A stretch of 64,000 bases of DNA from Micavibrio sp. (lineage in GTDB: Bacteria; Patescibacteriota; Minisyncoccia; Moranbacterales; GCA-2747515), in contig DYDB01000002.1 of assembly GCA_020718085.1 (NCBI GenBank), positions 113,161-177,160 on the forward strand, in the 5' to 3' direction. Each line of letters starts with the position of its first letter. Position 1 is the first letter of the stretch. The notes under the pieces are model-generated. The model saw only the letters and a program-made list of their open reading frames with translations. It ran no database searches and was not told the DNA's origin. Shown here piece after piece: positions 60,623 through 64,000 of this stretch. The position numbers and the translations under genes are program-made.

Positions 60623-62632
60623 ATGATGAATAATGAACAAGAGGATAAAAACAAAAAGGATAATCCTCATCAAAAAAGTGGTGTGCGCAGACATGCTAGC
60701 ACTAGTCGTGTTGTCGTAAATCGTACAGCACAAAAAAATGTGGAAAAGCTTCGTGTATCTTCAAAAAAGAAGGGATCACAGCAAAAACCGCAGTTTAAAA
60801 AAGAAGAAAAACAAGATGGTGGCAACGGAGCTGTTGCAGCAAAGAAACAAAAGAAAAAACGCATGGGCGGAGGGCGTATGCATGGTCCAAAAACAAATGC
60901 AGAACGTATCGTTTCTTCAACACAGAGCAATGGTGAAAAAAAAGGTGTGCACGTGCCAAAAGTTGAAAGTGGCACATTGCGTATCGTCCCACTTGGCGGA
61001 CAAGAGGAAGTGGGTCGCAACATGGTTGTATTTGAATATGGTAAAGATATTGTGATCGTAGATATCGGTATGCAATTTCCGGAAGAGGACATGCCGGGCG
61101 TGGATTATATTGTACCAAACGTGAATTATCTCAAAGGTAAGGAGCGAAATATTCGTGGTGTTATTTTTACACATGGACATTTGGATCATATTGGTGCCGC
61201 ACCGATCGTGCTTAAACAATTGGGTTATCCGCCAGTGATCGCGCGTGATCTAACTCTTGCACTTATCAAGAAAAAAATGGAAGATTATGATCCAGGATCA
61301 GCAGAAAAGATCCGTACGATCAGTGTAAAAAATATTGATCGCAAGATCCGTCTCGGGGAATTTGTAGCAAACTTTTTTGAAGTGGAGCATTCCATTATGG
61401 ATTCAATGGGTGTGGCTTTGGTCACGCCAGTAGGTACGCCGATCCATATGGGTGATTGGACAATAAATCATAATCCTGTGGAGGGTGAACCAATTTCCTA
61501 TGAAAAACTCAGTCAATTTCCTGAACCACGTATTTTACTTTTGGAAAGCCTCGGTTCGATCAAAAAAGAATCACACAGTGAACAAACTGTACAAAATAAT
61601 CTTGAGCAATTAGTACGAGAATCAAAGGGGCGCGTGATCATTGGAACATTTGCATCGCAGATCAAGCGTATCAAGCTTCTTCTTCAATATGCTGAGCGCA
61701 TTGGTCGCAAAGTTGCATTGGACGGATATTCTATGCGTACAAATATCGAAGTTGCACAACAACTTGGCTATTTGAAGATCCATAAAGATCTTCTCATACC
61801 GATCAATGAAATTGATCGTTATCCTGATAATAAGATGATCGTTCTATGTACAGGTGCGCAGGGCGAACATAATGCTGTGCTCAACCGTATTGTTACGGGC
61901 AATCATCGTTTCATAAAATTGAAAAAATCTGACACGATCGTATTTTCATCCTCTATCATTCCGGGAAATGAGCGTTCAATTCAACGTCTAAAAGATAATC
62001 TCTATCGCAAGTGTGATTATGTTGTGCATTCGGATATTATGGATATTCATATGGGTGGACATGCTACGGCAAAGGATATTCAAGAAGTGATCCGTACAGT
62101 CAAACCACAATACTTTATGCCAATCTATGCAAACTATTTTATGCTCAAAGAAGCAGCAAATCGTGCTGTGGAGGCGGGATTTTCTGAAAAGCGTATTGCA
62201 ATCCTTGATAATGGCGGTATGTTGGAATTTAGTAAGAAGGGATCGCGTATTCGCAAAGAAAAAGCTGATGCAAGTTATGTGTTTATTGATGGACTTGGCG
62301 TGGGGGATATCGGACATGTAGTGCTTCGTGACAGACAAATGCTCTCAGAAGACGGTATGTATGTGATCACAGTACTTGTGGATGGTAAAACAAAAGAAGT
62401 TGTGGGTAATATGCAAATTACGTCACGTGGATTCATCTATGTAAAAGATAACTTTGACCTTGTAAATGAAACCAAGGTTCATGTCAAAAAGGTGATTCAA
62501 AAATCCACAAGTAAAGACACTAAAATGGATTGGCGACAAGTGGAAAACGAGATCCGTGACCGTGTAGGTGAATATCTCTTTCAAAAAACTCAGCGCCGTC
62601 CGATGATACTTCCTGTGGTGATCGAGGTATAG
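60623..62632 (+). CDS. rnj: ribonuclease J with basic disordered N-terminal extension
   Basis: PLGGQEEVGRNM, THGHLDHIGA, CTGAQGE, RRPMILPVVIEV. Confidence 0.95.
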   Translation: MMNNEQEDKNKKDNPHQKSGVRRHASTSRVVVNRTAQKNVEKLRVSSKKKGSQQKPQFKKEEKQDGGNGAVAAKKQKKKRMGGGRMHGPKTNAERIVSSTQSNGEKKGVHVPKVESGTLRIVPLGGQEEVGRNMVVFEYGKDIVIVDIGMQFPEEDMPGVDYIVPNVNYLKGKERNIRGVIFTHGHLDHIGAAPIVLKQLGYPPVIARDLTLALIKKKMEDYDPGSAEKIRTISVKNIDRKIRLGEFVANFFEVEHSIMDSMGVALVTPVGTPIHMGDWTINHNPVEGEPISYEKLSQFPEPRILLLESLGSIKKESHSEQTVQNNLEQLVRESKGRVIIGTFASQIKRIKLLLQYAERIGRKVALDGYSMRTNIEVAQQLGYLKIHKDLLIPINEIDRYPDNKMIVLCTGAQGEHNAVLNRIVTGNHRFIKLKKSDTIVFSSSIIPGNERSIQRLKDNLYRKCDYVVHSDIMDIHMGGHATAKDIQEVIRTVKPQYFMPIYANYFMLKEAANRAVEAGFSEKRIAILDNGGMLEFSKKGSRIRKEKADASYVFIDGLGVGDIGHVVLRDRQMLSEDGMYVITVLVDGKTKEVVGNMQITSRGFIYVKDNFDLVNETKVHVKKVIQKSTSKDTKMDWRQVENEIRDRVGEYLFQKTQRRPMILPVVIEV

Positions 62633-62661
62633 AATGCAAATATTCATGGTTTGTTAAAACG

Positions 62662-62688
62662 AAAAACCCGTATCTTACGGGTTTTTTT
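62662..62688 (+). terminator. intrinsic terminator
   Basis: AAAAACCCGTA-TCT-TACGGGTTTTTT. Confidence 0.85.
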
Positions 62689-62777
62689 ATATGTAAGAAA
62701 TGTGATATACTTGCGATGTATAAAATAAAAATAAAAATGTCATCCTTGCGCCGTGCATGAATGACAAAATAAAAAAT

Positions 62778-64000
62778 ATGAATAACACATCTCAATTTTG
62801 TGCAGCTTTGACGCTGATGGTCGCAATATCTTTTTTATGCATCGGTGTGCATACAGCACATGCAGCACAAGCGGGGGATCTTGATCCGACTTTTTTGCAA
62901 AATGGTACAGATGGAACAAATACTGTAATTTATGAATCCACCATTCAATCTGATGGCAAGATTATAATTTGCGGAGAATTCACGTCTTATAACGGAATTT
63001 CCAGAAACCGTATTGCACGTCTCAATGCAGATGGCACGCTGGATACCACATTTAACCCTGGTACGGGTGCAAATAATATTATTGATGCCATCGCTGTTCA
63101 ACCTGACGGTAAAATTCTGATTAGTGGGAGGTTCACTGATTACAATGGCACTGCCAGAATTCGTATTGCTCGTTTAAATGCCAATGGATCACTTGATACA
63201 TCATTTAATCCTGGCACGGGTATGCCAAGTATAACCGATTACGTTGATTCTTTTGCTATTCAATCCGATGGCAAAATTATCATTGGTGGACAATTTTCTA
63301 CGTATAACGGTGTCGCCAGAAAGGGTATCGCTCGTCTAAATACCAATGGATCACTTGATACAACATTCAATCCGGGTACGGGTGCTAGTTCAATTATATA
63401 TAAAGTCATTATTCAATCTAATGGAAAAATTTTGATTGGTGGGGCATTTGTTACATACAACGGTACCTCCGCAAATCGCATTGCTCGTCTAAATAGTAAT
63501 GGATCACTTGATACAACATTCAGCTCTGGCACAGGTCCAAATAGTTCAGTTTTCGCTATGGCTGTTCAATCCGATGGTAAGATCGTAATTAGTGGAATGT
63601 TTACTACATACAAGGGCGCCTCTAGAAATTATATCGCACGCATAAACTCTGATGGCTCTTTGGACACCACATTTGATCCAGGCACAGGAGCAAATGGATG
63701 GATGAAATCAGTTGCTGTTCAATCCGATGGTAAGATCATAATTGGTGGGGATTTTACTACATATAACGGTAATTCCAGAAATAATATCACCCGTTTGAAC
63801 ACCAATGGGTCATTGGATACAACATTTAACACTGGCACGGGCACTAATAATGATGTTGTTGATCTCGATATGCAAGTTGATAATAAAATTATTATTAGTG
63901 GATACTTCACTCTCTATAATGGAGTGGCTAAAAAATACATTGCGCGTCTTGAGAGTATTACAACGACTCCTCAAACTTCTTCAGTAACCACAACCCCCGC
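62778..64000 (+). CDS. secreted delta-60 repeat beta-propeller protein, runs off the window; not in the ORF track
   Basis: Signal peptide, then roughly 54-aa repeats Q.DGKIII.G.F..YNG..R..IARLN..GSLDTTFNPGTG; alternative in-frame ATG at 62757. Confidence 0.9.
   Translation, partial: MNNTSQFCAALTLMVAISFLCIGVHTAHAAQAGDLDPTFLQNGTDGTNTVIYESTIQSDGKIIICGEFTSYNGISRNRIARLNADGTLDTTFNPGTGANNIIDAIAVQPDGKILISGRFTDYNGTARIRIARLNANGSLDTSFNPGTGMPSITDYVDSFAIQSDGKIIIGGQFSTYNGVARKGIARLNTNGSLDTTFNPGTGASSIIYKVIIQSNGKILIGGAFVTYNGTSANRIARLNSNGSLDTTFSSGTGPNSSVFAMAVQSDGKIVISGMFTTYKGASRNYIARINSDGSLDTTFDPGTGANGWMKSVAVQSDGKIIIGGDFTTYNGNSRNNITRLNTNGSLDTTFNTGTGTNNDVVDLDMQVDNKIIISGYFTLYNGVAKKYIARLESITTTPQTSSVTTTP

Noticed and set aside
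62870..63950. CRISPR array or DGR repeats
   Set aside because: The repeats are in-frame protein repeats; no spacers, cas genes or reverse transcriptase in the window
1..64000. Alternative genetic code, and the many short antisense ORFs in the track
   Set aside because: Conserved genes end properly at TGA; the shadow ORFs overlap well-supported genes and lack motifs

Overview
AT-rich bacterial chromosomal window, genetic code 11 (TGA is used as a stop in tmk, secG and others). The gene content points to a Patescibacteria/CPR (Parcubacteria-like) genome, by inference: ThyX, short RelA, bifunctional PGI/PMI, an orphan FtsA-like plus baseplate-J-like pair, RpoA without a C-terminal domain, and mostly SD-less core genes. 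Most of the window is housekeeping: tmk, thyX, dnaX, glmS, uppP, folD, parAB, rarA, scpAB, mraY, pgk, eno, the infA-rpsI ribosomal cluster, secG, rnj, tRNA-Gln and tRNA-Leu. The strongest unexplained signals are: (1) two leader-peptide transcription attenuators built on one scaffold, one with an aromatic codon run before tyrA-pheA-aminotransferase and one with a Val/Ile run before two orphan genes; (2) a split tRNA-Gln-like gene whose halves carry palindromes in place of the anticodon arm and enclose an intact tRNA-Gln plus a GIY-YIG nuclease; (3) a structured mini-element on a duplicated tRNA-Leu 3' end; (4) a probable integron-cassette remnant; (5) structured 5' leaders on rnj, infA and khpA. 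All calls were made by eye; no searches or folding programs were run.
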